Source of the DNA: an uncultured Flavobacteriales bacterium
GTDB lineage: Bacteria; Bacteroidota; Bacteroidia; Flavobacteriales; BACL11
Assembly (NCBI GenBank): GCA_905478765.1
Contig: CAJQJY010000006.1
Location: 9,362 to 73,361 of the forward strand
DNA length: 64,000 nucleotides
Reading direction: 5' to 3'
Shown here: in pieces, positions 27,001-37,315 of the stretch
How the letters are laid out: each line of letters starts with the position of its first letter
How positions within the stretch are numbered: the first letter of the stretch is position 1
Position numbers and translations under genes: made by a program
Notes under the pieces: model-generated
Told to the model about the DNA's origin: nothing
Seen by the model: only the letters and a program-made list of their open reading frames with translations
The model's database searches: none

Positions 27001-28514
27001 TCACCAAAATCATAGAAGATAAAGCCATCATTAGCCAATTGAATAAGATAATGCTGAATTTGAACAATTGGAAAACGAGAGAATTTCGCAAAATCCTCAA
27101 CATAGAATTTTTCTTCTTGCTTTACTTTAACAAAATTATTAACCAAAAACAATGGGTGAATTGCATCAATCCCTAGCATAGATTCAAATTTCTGTTGCAG
27201 AAACCTGTCAACAGACTCAAATTCAACCCTGGATTCAGCTGTTCCTGGCAAAGAACCGAAAGCGATAATATCATCATCAATATTCCATTGTAAAAGTTCA
27301 AAATCCATAGTTACATTATGGTAAGTATTTAACATTGGAGCTCCAGAAATCCCATTAGATTTTCTATAAAGTTGCAACTCTCTTTTGCTGTCAATATACT
27401 TAAACTGCAAATTAGCATGATAAATCGAATCACCATCAAAATATATTTTAACACCAGCTTCTTGTGATGAGATACGATCAGGCTTTAAACTAAAGCGATT
27501 TGCATTTGCAATAAAAACATCTTTACCATCTCTTTTAAATACGATTTTTGCTTCAGCATACTTTCCACCATCAGCTATAAAATCTTTACCTTGCATTTTA
27601 TAACCACCTCTATAGTCTACATTTGGGAATATATCCTGAAGCTCTATATTTTTACTGTATGAAGTGAATTTAGGATAATTTTTAGCTTGTTTTCCTTTAG
27701 ATACTTTATTGATTACTTGCCCAAAAATTGGAGTATTAAAAATATATTTATTCCAAAAAGTAGCAGAATCTGAAACAAGAACACTTTTTCGTGTGTCAAT
27801 CTTATATGATTTAATCTCAGCATAAATTGAGTCCTTTGACATTCCTTGAGATTCCCAGTTTATCACCCCATTTGTACCAAACCATTCGTTAGAAACAAAA
27901 TAATACTTGCCTTTTGTTCCAAAGATATCATAAGAACCACCCTCAGCTGAACAATTTAAAACGAAAGGATTGTTAAAAACAATAACTGGTTCAATCATTT
28001 CAAAAGTAAATTTATAATCTGCTTTACCTACATTCCAGGATGCAGATTTACTTTCACGCAAAATATTATTCGATACTAAATCAGAAGAAAATGAGTAAAA
28101 CATAACCAATTTTTTGGTTGTTGTTTCAGCTAAAGTCTCTTGAACTACATTTAACCATTCAGGAAGCATTGTTTCTCCCTTAGCATGATTATCAACAAGA
28201 ATTATAGCAGCTAAAAACTCCTGAAAATGAGGCTTAGCCCGCATTCTTTTCTTAAGCATCTTATCAGAAACCTGCATAATAATATTTTTTTCAGATATTG
28301 CTAAAAATTCAGATTTCTTCTTAAATTGTTTAAAAACTGATTTTAAATCCGAATTATCAGATGCATTCATAAAACCCTCCAATTCAACTAAAAATACTGG
28401 GAATTCTTGAGTGAATTCTTTTACCCTACCCTCCTTTTGACCAAAAGAACTCAAAGAAAACCCAAGAGTTAATACTAAAAGTACTAAACTCTTTTTAAAT
28501 ATAACATTTGCCAT
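24054..28514 (-). CDS. Large secreted beta-rich hypothetical protein (1486 aa)
   Basis: Long ORF with signal peptide and no recognisable catalytic motif. Confidence 0.85.
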   Translation of the reverse strand: MANVIFKKSLVLLVLTLGFSLSSFGQKEGRVKEFTQEFPVFLVELEGFMNASDNSDLKSVFKQFKKKSEFLAISEKNIIMQVSDKMLKKRMRAKPHFQEFLAAIILVDNHAKGETMLPEWLNVVQETLAETTTKKLVMFYSFSSDLVSNNILRESKSASWNVGKADYKFTFEMIEPVIVFNNPFVLNCSAEGGSYDIFGTKGKYYFVSNEWFGTNGVINWESQGMSKDSIYAEIKSYKIDTRKSVLVSDSATFWNKYIFNTPIFGQVINKVSKGKQAKNYPKFTSYSKNIELQDIFPNVDYRGGYKMQGKDFIADGGKYAEAKIVFKRDGKDVFIANANRFSLKPDRISSQEAGVKIYFDGDSIYHANLQFKYIDSKRELQLYRKSNGISGAPMLNTYHNVTMDFELLQWNIDDDIIAFGSLPGTAESRVEFESVDRFLQQKFESMLGIDAIHPLFLVNNFVKVKQEEKFYVEDFAKFSRFPIVQIQHYLIQLANDGFIFYDFGEERITVLPKLYNYINAASEIGDYDVITFNSIISEGEYKTPDKNLVNATLNIKTKDLNILGIHKIELSQERAVYLYPKDGLLVVKKNRDFVFNGQVYAGKGRLNLFGRDFFFHYDEFKVDLNKIDSVQLSVPVHPIKKDMYGDEILTPVRTVIEAVTGDLIIDDPTNKSGVRKDSFPEFPIFRSFEDSYAYFDRNSIYDGVYKRDNFSFHLQPFEIDSLDNYTGKGLWFAGVFESAGIFPIFDDTLRLQDDYSLGFTRKTPADGFDIYGGKGKYNNDIHLSHKGLKGSGDFAYLTSKASAEEIFFFPDSTNFYTQIFALTEVASGIEFPDVKNTETYTHFEPYNDRLEVYQTKDVFNFYHDQATFKGDLLLQPTALSGGGIMSLDKADVDAESFTFNANWFGSEEANLQVFDDSKNIAIRANNLRSHIDLKTREGLFYSNGGNSYVEFPANKYISYIDKLRWAMDDELFTLGDEVVAKGKGSDFVSIHPTQDSLKFTAKTATYSIKDYIINTVGVEEILIADAVINPDSGIVTVAKNAVIQTLFGATIIADDLTEYHIFTNATIDIKSAHNYTANGDYTYKDAMNNEQQIFFKEIRVGTDTITIARGDVATDKVFHIDSKFDFKGSVDLIADKKNLTFDGYFMANHSCDLLDKSWIKFKSEIDPKNIVFALDDKIYNDKKDLLSSALVMNFDSTDLYSTFMSEKKRKALDFDILSASSTLRYDKKQFAYIIGGPDSLSNYYTLYEKTCKTKGEGVMDWNLDLGQVKALNVGNVTHDIASQKTELDGFFMLDFFFSEEALQIMGQDLYDAPGDDMFEYDEKFSMNLKRVLGKEKGEMLLVDLEMKDDFSKFPNEMKHSLVFAKTNFNWDNVNKAFVSKGNIGVGSVLNKQVNSLVDGYIIIEKGQNSDVLTIYLTTEFYDEYYFQYKNGVMRSWSTNPDFNASILSVPDGKRKAERAKGAPAYRYMIAPEDITEKFLKLAKKKY

Positions 28515-29317
28515 TTGTTTTTATTTTTTAAAACAACTAATTCCAGCCCAAGTTGCTTTGATTTATCTAAAATTAAAGGAACATCCTCTTTTAAAAAACC
28601 ACTGAAAATAATTTCTGATTTATCTTCCATAGCCCCCACAAAAGTTTCTAAATCATTTAAAATTATATTTCTATTGATATTTGCCAATATAATATCAAAT
28701 TTTGAGTCTCCAATTGCATCTGCATCACCATGAATAAAATCAATATTTTCAACATTATTTAGCATTGAATTCTCCTCAGAATTCTCTACAGCCCACTCAT
28801 CAAAATCAATTCCAACTAATGATGAAGCACCTAATTTTGAAGCAAGAATCACTAACACTCCTGTACCACAACCCATATCCAAAACTGATTTTTCTTTAAA
28901 ATCAAGATTAAACATTTCATTCATAATAAGGGATGTTGTTTCATGATGACCAGTACCAAATGACATTTTTGGTGTAATAATAATTTCATGATCAACATCT
29001 GATATTTCATCATGAAAATGTGCTCTAATCACACATTTATCATTAATTGTTACAGGATCAAAATTACTTTCCCACTGCTTGTTCCAATTTTCTTGTTTTA
29101 CTTTACTAATTGTAAAACTAAGTTCAGTAGTTTTTGAAATATCATTGAGGATTTCACAAACTAAATCTTCTTTTAATAAGTGAGATTGCACATATGCTTT
29201 TACTCCATTTTCATCCTCAGAGTAGGACTCAAAATCAATTTCATTCAATCTAGCAACCACTATTTCAGAAAATGGATTTACTTCACCTAACTTGATATTT
29301 ACTTCAGTATATTCCAT
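28484..29317 (-). CDS. prmA: Ribosomal protein L11 methyltransferase
   Basis: PKMSFGTGHHETT, LDMGCGTG, ILANINRN. Confidence 0.95.
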   Translation of the reverse strand: MEYTEVNIKLGEVNPFSEIVVARLNEIDFESYSEDENGVKAYVQSHLLKEDLVCEILNDISKTTELSFTISKVKQENWNKQWESNFDPVTINDKCVIRAHFHDEISDVDHEIIITPKMSFGTGHHETTSLIMNEMFNLDFKEKSVLDMGCGTGVLVILASKLGASSLVGIDFDEWAVENSEENSMLNNVENIDFIHGDADAIGDSKFDIILANINRNIILNDLETFVGAMEDKSEIIFSGFLKEDVPLILDKSKQLGLELVVLKNKNKWQMLYLKRV

Positions 29318-30072
29318 TAAAAAGATTGTGTAATTGCAACAAAATCATCAGCATTTAATGATGCACCACCAATTAATCCCCCGTCAATATCTTTTTGAGA
29401 AAAAAGCTCAATTGCATTTTTTGGCTTACAACTTCCACCATATAAAATTGAAGTGCTTTCTGCAACTTCATTTCCGTATTTCTCAGCTAACAAATTTCTT
29501 ATAAACGCATGCACTACTTGTGCCTGATCTGTACTTGCAGTAACCCCAGTACCAATTGCCCATATAGGTTCATAAGCAATTATAATGTTTTTAAACTCCT
29601 CAACAGAAAGGTGAAATAAACTCTCTGATATTTGAGATTTAATCCAGTCAAAATGAACCCCATTTTCTCTTTGTGCTAAACTTTCTCCACAACAGAAAAT
29701 TACTTTTAAATCATTTGCAAATACTTGTCCTACTTTAGTTTTTAAAAGCTCATTTGTTTCAGTAAAATTTGTTCTTCTTTCTGAATGACCTAAAACAACA
29801 TATCTTGCACTACAAGATGCTATCATACTAGCAGAAACCTCTCCAGTAAAAGGACCTTTTTCATTTGGACTACAATCCTGTGAAGCAGCAACTACCTTAG
29901 GGATATCAGCACACATTTTTGCTACTTTATACAAATAGACAAAAGATGGAGCAAGTATTACATGTGTTTTATTATCTTTAGGTAATTTATTCAGCACATC
30001 TTCTACTAAAGCTAAACCCTCCGCTCTATTCAAATTCATTTTCCAGTTTCCTGCTACTATATTCTTTCTCAT
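29317..30072 (-). CDS. tpiA: Triosephosphate isomerase
   Basis: AGNWKMN, GHSERR, AYEPIWAIGTG, GGASL. Confidence 0.98.
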   Translation of the reverse strand: MRKNIVAGNWKMNLNRAEGLALVEDVLNKLPKDNKTHVILAPSFVYLYKVAKMCADIPKVVAASQDCSPNEKGPFTGEVSASMIASCSARYVVLGHSERRTNFTETNELLKTKVGQVFANDLKVIFCCGESLAQRENGVHFDWIKSQISESLFHLSVEEFKNIIIAYEPIWAIGTGVTASTDQAQVVHAFIRNLLAEKYGNEVAESTSILYGGSCKPKNAIELFSQKDIDGGLIGGASLNADDFVAITQSF

Positions 30073-30073
30073 A

Positions 30074-31150
30074 TTAACTTATTCTTATTCGGGGGTCGAG
30101 CCACCCATATATTAAATCAACTACTATATTTATAATTACAAAAATTGATGCAATAAACAGCACTGAACCCATTACCACTGGCAAGTCCATTTTATTTAAA
30201 GCATCAACTATTTCTTTTCCAATTCCGTTCCAAGCAAAAATATATTCCACAAAAACGGCCCCTGCTAAAAGTGAAGCAAACCAACCCGAAACAGCAGTTA
30301 CTACAGGATTTAAAGCATTGTGTAAGGCATGTTTAAAAATTACAGTAAATTTACTTAAACCCTTTGCTGTTGCAGTTCGCACATAATCCATTGAAAGCAC
30401 TTCTAGTAAAGAATTTCTGCATAACTGAATGATCACTGATAGTGGGCGAATACCCAAGGTTATTGCTGGCAGAATTAGATTTTTAATTTGCAAGAATGAA
30501 CCTCTACCATAATCATCAACTTCATACAGGCTACCCGTCATGTTTAAAGCAGTATAGTTGTGCAGTACAAAACCAAACAACCATGCAATAATGATAGATG
30601 AAAAAAAAGATGGAAGGGACATACCTAAAACTGAAAAAAATAGAATAAACTTATCAATTAAAGTATCCTTATACAATGCTGAAAACACTCCTAAAATTAA
30701 ACCTAAAAACAAAGCAAAACCAATGGAAGAGAGTGCTAACACAAAAGTATTTTTAAAAGTATTCCAAAGTATTGAAGTAACAGGAGTACCTTTACGCACA
30801 AATGACTCTCTTAAGTAAGGAACCTTAAAAACAAGGGTATAATCAGCTATCGAAAATAGTTTTGAATATTGATATTTGCCACTACTTAAAGAGGTAAAAG
30901 CAGTTTTATTATTATGATGAAATGAAAGTGGTAAAACATCATTAAAGTACAAAGCATATTGTTCCCCAATCGAACGGTCAAAAGCATATTTTTGCTTGAT
31001 AACAGCGAGCTGATTTGCATCCTCACGTTTGTCTAACATCATACGAGCAGGATCGCCAGGCAATACATTAAACAAAAAGAAAACTAGCGTAAGCACCCCC
31101 AATAAAACTAGGATACCATATGTTATCTTTTTTATAATGTATGCAAGCAC
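30074..31150 (-). CDS. Peptide ABC transporter permease (DppB/OppB family)
   Basis: PGDPA, DYVRTATAKGL, VEYIFAWNGIG, LDPRIR. Confidence 0.92.
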   Translation of the reverse strand: MLAYIIKKITYGILVLLGVLTLVFFLFNVLPGDPARMMLDKREDANQLAVIKQKYAFDRSIGEQYALYFNDVLPLSFHHNNKTAFTSLSSGKYQYSKLFSIADYTLVFKVPYLRESFVRKGTPVTSILWNTFKNTFVLALSSIGFALFLGLILGVFSALYKDTLIDKFILFFSVLGMSLPSFFSSIIIAWLFGFVLHNYTALNMTGSLYEVDDYGRGSFLQIKNLILPAITLGIRPLSVIIQLCRNSLLEVLSMDYVRTATAKGLSKFTVIFKHALHNALNPVVTAVSGWFASLLAGAVFVEYIFAWNGIGKEIVDALNKMDLPVVMGSVLFIASIFVIINIVVDLIYGWLDPRIRIS

Positions 31151-31154
31151 AATT

Positions 31155-32090
31155 TTATTTATCTAAAAGTAGTTGTAGTTCTTCAGCTTGATATTCATTA
31201 TACCCACTACCATCAAATAATCTTATTTGTTTTGCTCCTTTGTAAAGTATCACAATTGGGTTATCATAATCAGGGAAAGTAATCTCCATATAACTATCTA
31301 TTTCATCAGTATCATAATTTGCAAATGGCATTACTTGGTAAGGATATTGATTACCTACATATTCAAAAAATTTAGGAATATTTTCTTGTTCAGTATCTGA
31401 AAACACGATATGAACAGGCGGAAAATTATCAGATAAGTTAGATAATGAATCTATACTTCTAGCAGCATGTTGGCAATGTTCACATCCTGCATCAAAATAG
31501 CATAGAATTTTATAATCTTCTGAATTTTTAAAGCTCTCATCTTCGACAAATAAGACGAAACTATTACCTTCTGATTTAGTTTGAGATGAAACCGGTAAGA
31601 ACGCAAACATAACTAGTAAAACAGTTAATAATTGTACACATAATTTTGAAAAACTATTTTCTTTATCATCAGTAGTATTTTTATACAAATAACCCAAAAT
31701 ACCAATAGTAATTATGTTTTTAATTAAAGCTTGTAGAGGAGACATAGGAATCAATTCTCCAAAGCAACCACAGTTTTCACTATCACCTAAAAATAAAGAG
31801 TATGCCAAATGTAAACTAAACACAAAAATCATAAGAATTGAGGTTGGGATAACTAGTTTCTTAAGGTAATTTTTCTGTAAAACAGCAAAAGCAATAAAGA
31901 ACTCAATTGCTATAATAAAACGAGAAAAATAAGGGGCTAACCCTTCTGAAAAACCCATTGGAATCAACTGTCCTTCTTCAAATATTTTAGTTATCCCATA
32001 CATTGGTGTTGGGTACAACTTTGCAACTGCTGAAAGCAAGAATAGTGCTGATAAAAGCACGCGAATAATTAGTGGTAAATTCTTTTTCAT
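31155..32090 (-). CDS. DoxX/MauE-type membrane protein with thioredoxin-like domain
   Basis: NCGCFGE and CEHC motifs. Confidence 0.8.
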   Translation of the reverse strand: MKKNLPLIIRVLLSALFLLSAVAKLYPTPMYGITKIFEEGQLIPMGFSEGLAPYFSRFIIAIEFFIAFAVLQKNYLKKLVIPTSILMIFVFSLHLAYSLFLGDSENCGCFGELIPMSPLQALIKNIITIGILGYLYKNTTDDKENSFSKLCVQLLTVLLVMFAFLPVSSQTKSEGNSFVLFVEDESFKNSEDYKILCYFDAGCEHCQHAARSIDSLSNLSDNFPPVHIVFSDTEQENIPKFFEYVGNQYPYQVMPFANYDTDEIDSYMEITFPDYDNPIVILYKGAKQIRLFDGSGYNEYQAEELQLLLDK

Positions 32091-32094
32091 AATA

Positions 32095-32637
32095 TTATTT
32101 ATTTTCTAATTTAATTAACGCAAAAACGGCATAGTTTAGCATATCTAAATAATTTGCATCTACTCCTTCTGATATTAGTGTTGCTCCATGATTATCTTCA
32201 ATTTGCTTTACCCTAAGAATTTTTTGCAAGATTAAATCAGTTAAAGAGCTCACACGCATTTCTCTCCACGCCTCACCATAATCATGATTTTTAGCAATCA
32301 TTAACTCCTTGGCAATATTGGCATGTTTGCTAAAGATGTTCATAACCTCATTGTAATCCAAATCCTCAGCCAAATTAGAAACACCTAAATCAAATTGAAT
32401 AAGGCCAATTACTGCATAATTTACAATTCCAACAAACTCATTAGAAATATCCTCAGCAATCTTTTGTTCTCCCTTTTGTTCTATTGATCTAATTCTTTGT
32501 GCTTTTATAAAAATCTGATCAGTTAATGAGCTGATTCTTAGTATCCTCCAAGCACTCCCATAATCTTTCATTTTCTTAGCAAAAATGTCCTCACATTTTT
32601 TTATTATTGAATCGTATTCTGAAATTGTGTTTTCCAT
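32095..32637 (-). CDS. DUF1599 domain protein
   Basis: Duplicated KxxDYGxAWR motif. Confidence 0.88.
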   Translation of the reverse strand: MENTISEYDSIIKKCEDIFAKKMKDYGSAWRILRISSLTDQIFIKAQRIRSIEQKGEQKIAEDISNEFVGIVNYAVIGLIQFDLGVSNLAEDLDYNEVMNIFSKHANIAKELMIAKNHDYGEAWREMRVSSLTDLILQKILRVKQIEDNHGATLISEGVDANYLDMLNYAVFALIKLENK

Positions 32638-32677
32638 AAAATGTTAACAGTTAATAATTCCGAAATATACAGCAATT

Positions 32678-33523
32678 ATGAGCTCAAAAGAAAATATCAT
32701 CAAAACCAATTCCGCCATCTTTTCAACAAAAGATGCAGTTGTAATGGGAATATTAAACCTTACTGATGATTCTTTTTTTGATGGTGGAAAATACTCAAAT
32801 AAAGAAGACATAATTGCTAGTTGTAAAAAAATGCTAGATGAAGGAGCAAAAATTATTGATATTGGAGCCCAATCATCAAGACCTGGAGCATCTCAAATAT
32901 CATCAAAAAAAGAACTTAAGAAGTTAATCCCAATTATTAAATTGTTAAAAAACAATTTTCCAAACATTCTAATTTCAGTTGATACATTCTGGTCAAATAC
33001 AGCAAAAGAGTGTGCGCTTGTTGGAGCAAATATTATTAATGATATTTCTGCAGGAGAAATGGATAAGAAAATGTTTCCAATTATTGCAGAGCTGAATCTT
33101 CCTTATATTATGATGCACATGAAAGGGAATCCACAGAACATGCAAAACCACCCAGAATACAATAATATTTTTGATGAGTTAAGTACTTATTTTAGCAATA
33201 AAATAGAAGAACTAAAAATTTTAGGATTTAACAAAATAATAATTGACCCTGGTTTTGGTTTTGGAAAAACACTTGAACACAATTACCAAATATTAAATAA
33301 TTTAGATGCTTTTAAATATCTTAAATGCCCTATACTTACTGGCACATCACGAAAGTCAATGATTTACAAAATACTAGATACAACAGCAGATAACGCATTG
33401 AACGGTACAACAATAACAAATACTATGGCTCTATTAAATGGAGCAAACATATTAAGGGTGCATGATGTAAAGCAAGCTATAGAGTGCATTAAAATCACTA
33501 CATTCGCAAAAAATAATTATTAA
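32678..33523 (+). CDS. folP: Dihydropteroate synthase
   Basis: VMGILNLTDDSFFDGG, DPGFGFGK, SRKS, RVHDV. Confidence 0.96.
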   Translation: MSSKENIIKTNSAIFSTKDAVVMGILNLTDDSFFDGGKYSNKEDIIASCKKMLDEGAKIIDIGAQSSRPGASQISSKKELKKLIPIIKLLKNNFPNILISVDTFWSNTAKECALVGANIINDISAGEMDKKMFPIIAELNLPYIMMHMKGNPQNMQNHPEYNNIFDELSTYFSNKIEELKILGFNKIIIDPGFGFGKTLEHNYQILNNLDAFKYLKCPILTGTSRKSMIYKILDTTADNALNGTTITNTMALLNGANILRVHDVKQAIECIKITTFAKNNY

Positions 33524-34299
33524 TGGAATTTCTTCAAATTGGCTTTATTGAACTGATTGATATTGCGCTAGTTGCAATATTAATCTATCAACTTTACAAA
33601 ATAGTAAAAGGCACGGTTGCAATAAATATTTTTATTGGTTTAGCAGCCATTTACCTCTTATGGAAAGTAGTATCAGCTTTTAATTTCCAGCTTTTAAGCG
33701 AAATATTAGGACAATTTATTGGTGTTGGTGTTATCATACTTGCTATTGTTTTTCAACAGGAATTAAGAAAATTCTTAATGATGATTGGAAAGGGTAAGGT
33801 TATTAAAAACAAAGGACTACTAAAATTCAATTTTAGTGTAGAACACGATAATCACCTTAATACAAATGCCATTGCAAAAGCATGTGAAGATATGGCCAAA
33901 ACTAAAACAGGTGCTATTATGGTAGTTACTCAAATGGATGATTTAGCCGTATTTGCTGAAGGTGGTGTAGAAATGAATGCAGAAATTTCAGTACCTATTA
34001 TTGAAAGTGTCTTCTATAAAAACAGTCCACTACACGATGGTGCTGTAATAATAAGAAATAATAAGATTATAAGCGCAAGGTGCGTATTGCCGGTAAGTAA
34101 CAGTCAAGATTTCCCTGGTCACTTAGGAATGAGACATAGAGCAGCTGTAGGAATTACTGAAGAATCAGATGCAATAGCTATAATAGTATCAGAAGAAACA
34201 GGCGGAATAACTTATGTAAAAGATGGTGAATTATTTACAAAAAGAACCGCTCGACAATTAGAACAATTCCTCAACAGAGTATTTATTCCACAAGAATAA
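33523..34299 (+). CDS. cdaA: Membrane diadenylate cyclase
   Basis: Three TM helices, PLHDGA, GMRHRAA, VSEETG. Confidence 0.92.
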   Translation: MEFLQIGFIELIDIALVAILIYQLYKIVKGTVAINIFIGLAAIYLLWKVVSAFNFQLLSEILGQFIGVGVIILAIVFQQELRKFLMMIGKGKVIKNKGLLKFNFSVEHDNHLNTNAIAKACEDMAKTKTGAIMVVTQMDDLAVFAEGGVEMNAEISVPIIESVFYKNSPLHDGAVIIRNNKIISARCVLPVSNSQDFPGHLGMRHRAAVGITEESDAIAIIVSEETGGITYVKDGELFTKRTARQLEQFLNRVFIPQE

Positions 34300-34380
34300 A
34301 TTTCTTGCTAATATTATATCTTCATTAAATAAATTGATGGAAACATTAAAATAATCAGGAGATTTTTCATGTTTTTTAAA

Positions 34381-35880
34381 CTACATTAATTCCTCATCAA
34401 TAGCTAAGTTCTGTAAAAATAAAATTGAATTTTCTATATCTTTATGCAGCAATCTATCTTCAGCTAAAAAAGGAACTTCAGCTCTATAAGCATCTAAAAT
34501 ACCTTCTATAAACTTAGATGATTTAGCATTACGAAACGTAATACCTTGAGTGGCATTTAACAGCTCAATAGCCAATATTCTTTCCGTATTTTCTATAACC
34601 CTGAATAATTTAGTAGCAGCATTTGCACCCATACTTACATGATCTTCTTGTCCGTTTGATGAAACTATAGAATCAATTGAAGCAGGTGTACACAATTGCT
34701 TATTTTGACTTGCAATACTTGCCGCTGTATATTGTGGTATCATCATTCCAGAATTAAGTCCAGGATCTGCCACTAAAAATACTGGCAATCCTCTCAACCC
34801 CGAAATTAACTGATAAGTTCTTCTTTCCGAAATAGAACCTAATTCTGACATGCCAATTGCTAAATAATCCATTGCCATTGCCAGAGGCTGTCCATGAAAA
34901 TTACCTCCTGATATTACTTTATCCTCATTAATAAATACAGTTGGATTATCAGTAACTGAATTAATCTCAGTTGTAAAAACATCCTTTACATGAGAGATTA
35001 CTCCTTTACTAGCACCATGAACTTGTGGCATACACCTGAAAGAATAAGGATCTTGAACATGCTCCTTCTCCCCTTCTTGAATTTCACTTCCAGCTAAGAA
35101 AGCACGGATGTTTTCAGCTGTTTTTAATTGTCCTTTATGAGGACGCACCAAATGAATTAACTCATCAAAACATTCATTTCTTGCGTCAAATGCTTCTAGG
35201 GAAATCGCACCAATCATATCTGCCATATATGATAATTTCTGAGATTTTAGCAAACTCCACACACCATAAGCACCCATAAATTGTGTTCCATTAAGCAGGG
35301 CTAATCCTTCTTTAGATTGCAAAGTAATTACTCCCCAATCATTCTCTTTCATGATAGATTTTGATTCTACTTCCTTACCTTTTACTACAACTTTCCCTTC
35401 TCCTAATAGCGGTAAAGCAAGATGAGCTAAAGGCGCTAAATCACCACTAGCTCCTAAACTACCTTGCTGAAACACAACAGGAAGAATATTTTTATTAAAC
35501 ATTTCAATTAAGCGTAAAACTGTTTTTAATTGCACTCCTGAATGTCCGTAGGATAAAGATTGTACTTTTAGCAACAACATAATTTTAACTACATCAACAG
35601 GCACTTTATCACCAGTCCCACAAGAATGAGATAGGAGTAAGTTTTTTTGCAACTTTCCTAAGTATTCATTGGAAATTTTATGATTACAAAGTGAACCAAA
35701 ACCTGTATTTATGCCATAAATTGGTGCATCAGATTGTTCCATTTTCTTATCTAAATAATCACGGCAATCTTGTATCTTTTTTTTTGCTTTTTCGCCTAAA
35801 GTCAGTTGTCTTTCTTCATCAATAATTTCAGCAATAACTGAAATACTTAACATTTGTTCTCCTAATTTATAAATACTCAT
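34381..35880 (-). CDS. hutH: Histidine ammonia-lyase
   Basis: YGINTGFG, MIO motif GASGDLAPL, QDPYSFRC. Confidence 0.95.
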   Translation of the reverse strand: MSIYKLGEQMLSISVIAEIIDEERQLTLGEKAKKKIQDCRDYLDKKMEQSDAPIYGINTGFGSLCNHKISNEYLGKLQKNLLLSHSCGTGDKVPVDVVKIMLLLKVQSLSYGHSGVQLKTVLRLIEMFNKNILPVVFQQGSLGASGDLAPLAHLALPLLGEGKVVVKGKEVESKSIMKENDWGVITLQSKEGLALLNGTQFMGAYGVWSLLKSQKLSYMADMIGAISLEAFDARNECFDELIHLVRPHKGQLKTAENIRAFLAGSEIQEGEKEHVQDPYSFRCMPQVHGASKGVISHVKDVFTTEINSVTDNPTVFINEDKVISGGNFHGQPLAMAMDYLAIGMSELGSISERRTYQLISGLRGLPVFLVADPGLNSGMMIPQYTAASIASQNKQLCTPASIDSIVSSNGQEDHVSMGANAATKLFRVIENTERILAIELLNATQGITFRNAKSSKFIEGILDAYRAEVPFLAEDRLLHKDIENSILFLQNLAIDEELM

Positions 35881-37230
35881 TTATGATAATTCTTTTATTA
35901 AATCAGTAACATTCATATTGCTCTGCTCGCCACTATCCATATTTTTAACTGACAATATTGCAGATTCCATTTCGTCCTTACCAACCATGATAACAAACTG
36001 AACACCTTTGTTATTGGCATAGGTCATTTGCTTTTTCATTTTTGTTTTGCTAGGAAAAAGTTCTGCACTTATGCCTGCAGCACGCAATTGCTTTAACAAT
36101 GGTAAACAAAAAGCTGCCTCCTGCTCACCAAAATTAGCAAACATCACTTTCGTACACACATCAATATTATCGGGAAACAAACCAAGCTCTTTCATTACAA
36201 TATATATTCTATCAATTCCAAAAGAAATACCAACTCCTGAAACATCTTTAAGTCCAAAAATTGAAGTCAAATCATCATATCTTCCACCACCACCAATTGA
36301 GCCAATAGCAACATCATTTGCTTTTACTTCAAGTATACAACCTGTGTAGTAATTCAGTCCTCTAGCTAAGGTAACATCAAAAATCAAATTAGCGGATTGT
36401 AAACCTATTTTTTTTACATTATTCATTACAAATTGTAATTCTTCTAAACCCTTCCCACCTATTAATGATTTTTCTAAAAGGGATGATAAATCACCAACAT
36501 TTTTCGTATTCAGAAAAGCATCTAAAATAGAAAAGGCATCTTTTTTCACACCTTTACTTTCCATTTCCTCTTTTACCTTTGCGAGCCCAATTTTGTCTAA
36601 CTTATCCAAAGCAATCACTACTTCATCAAAAAAATCTGTTGCTCCCATAAGCTCCACCATTGCAGATAGAATATTACGGTTATTTATGCAGATATCTACA
36701 TTAGGAATTTGTAATTTTGTAAATACATCATCATAAAGTTGCACTAATTCAACTTCACAGAGCAATGAATCAGTACCAATCACATCAGCATCACATTGGT
36801 AAAATTCACGATACCTTCCTTTTTGAGGCCTATCGGCACGCCAGACATTTTGCATTTGATAACGCTTAAAAGGGAAGATAATATCATTTCTATTCTGCGA
36901 TACAAAACGAGCAAAAGGAACGGTTAAATCATAACGCAATGCCTTTTCAACTATCTGTTTTGTTAATGATTTTGAATCTGTATTCTCATCAAATTGTGCT
37001 TTTGATAAATAATCTCCTGAGTTCAATACTTTGAAAATCAATCGATCACCTTCATCACCATACTTACCTGTTAAGGTTTGGATATTTTCCATTGTAGGCG
37101 TTTCAATCGGTGCATAGCCATAGCACTCAAAAGTTTTTTTAATAGTTTCAAAAATGAAATTTCTTCTGAACATCACTTCAGATCCGAAATCACGCATTCC
37201 TTTAGGTAGTGTTGGTTTTGTATTGCTCAT
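35881..37230 (-). CDS. hisS: Histidine--tRNA ligase
   Basis: LRYDLTVP, RADRPQKGRYREFYQCD, RGLNYYTG, GGGRYD. Confidence 0.97.
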   Translation of the reverse strand: MSNTKPTLPKGMRDFGSEVMFRRNFIFETIKKTFECYGYAPIETPTMENIQTLTGKYGDEGDRLIFKVLNSGDYLSKAQFDENTDSKSLTKQIVEKALRYDLTVPFARFVSQNRNDIIFPFKRYQMQNVWRADRPQKGRYREFYQCDADVIGTDSLLCEVELVQLYDDVFTKLQIPNVDICINNRNILSAMVELMGATDFFDEVVIALDKLDKIGLAKVKEEMESKGVKKDAFSILDAFLNTKNVGDLSSLLEKSLIGGKGLEELQFVMNNVKKIGLQSANLIFDVTLARGLNYYTGCILEVKANDVAIGSIGGGGRYDDLTSIFGLKDVSGVGISFGIDRIYIVMKELGLFPDNIDVCTKVMFANFGEQEAAFCLPLLKQLRAAGISAELFPSKTKMKKQMTYANNKGVQFVIMVGKDEMESAILSVKNMDSGEQSNMNVTDLIKELS

Positions 37231-37315
37231 AATTGTTTGCAAATATCGTAAAATATTATAGATTAATTTCATTAGTTTTGAAGCTAAAATTAAGAAATAC
37301 TAAACACAAACTATT

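Noticed and set aside
33523-34299. Diadenylate cyclase as a CBASS-like defence cyclase
   Set aside because: Standard membrane CdaA in the usual folP context, with no effector gene nearby.
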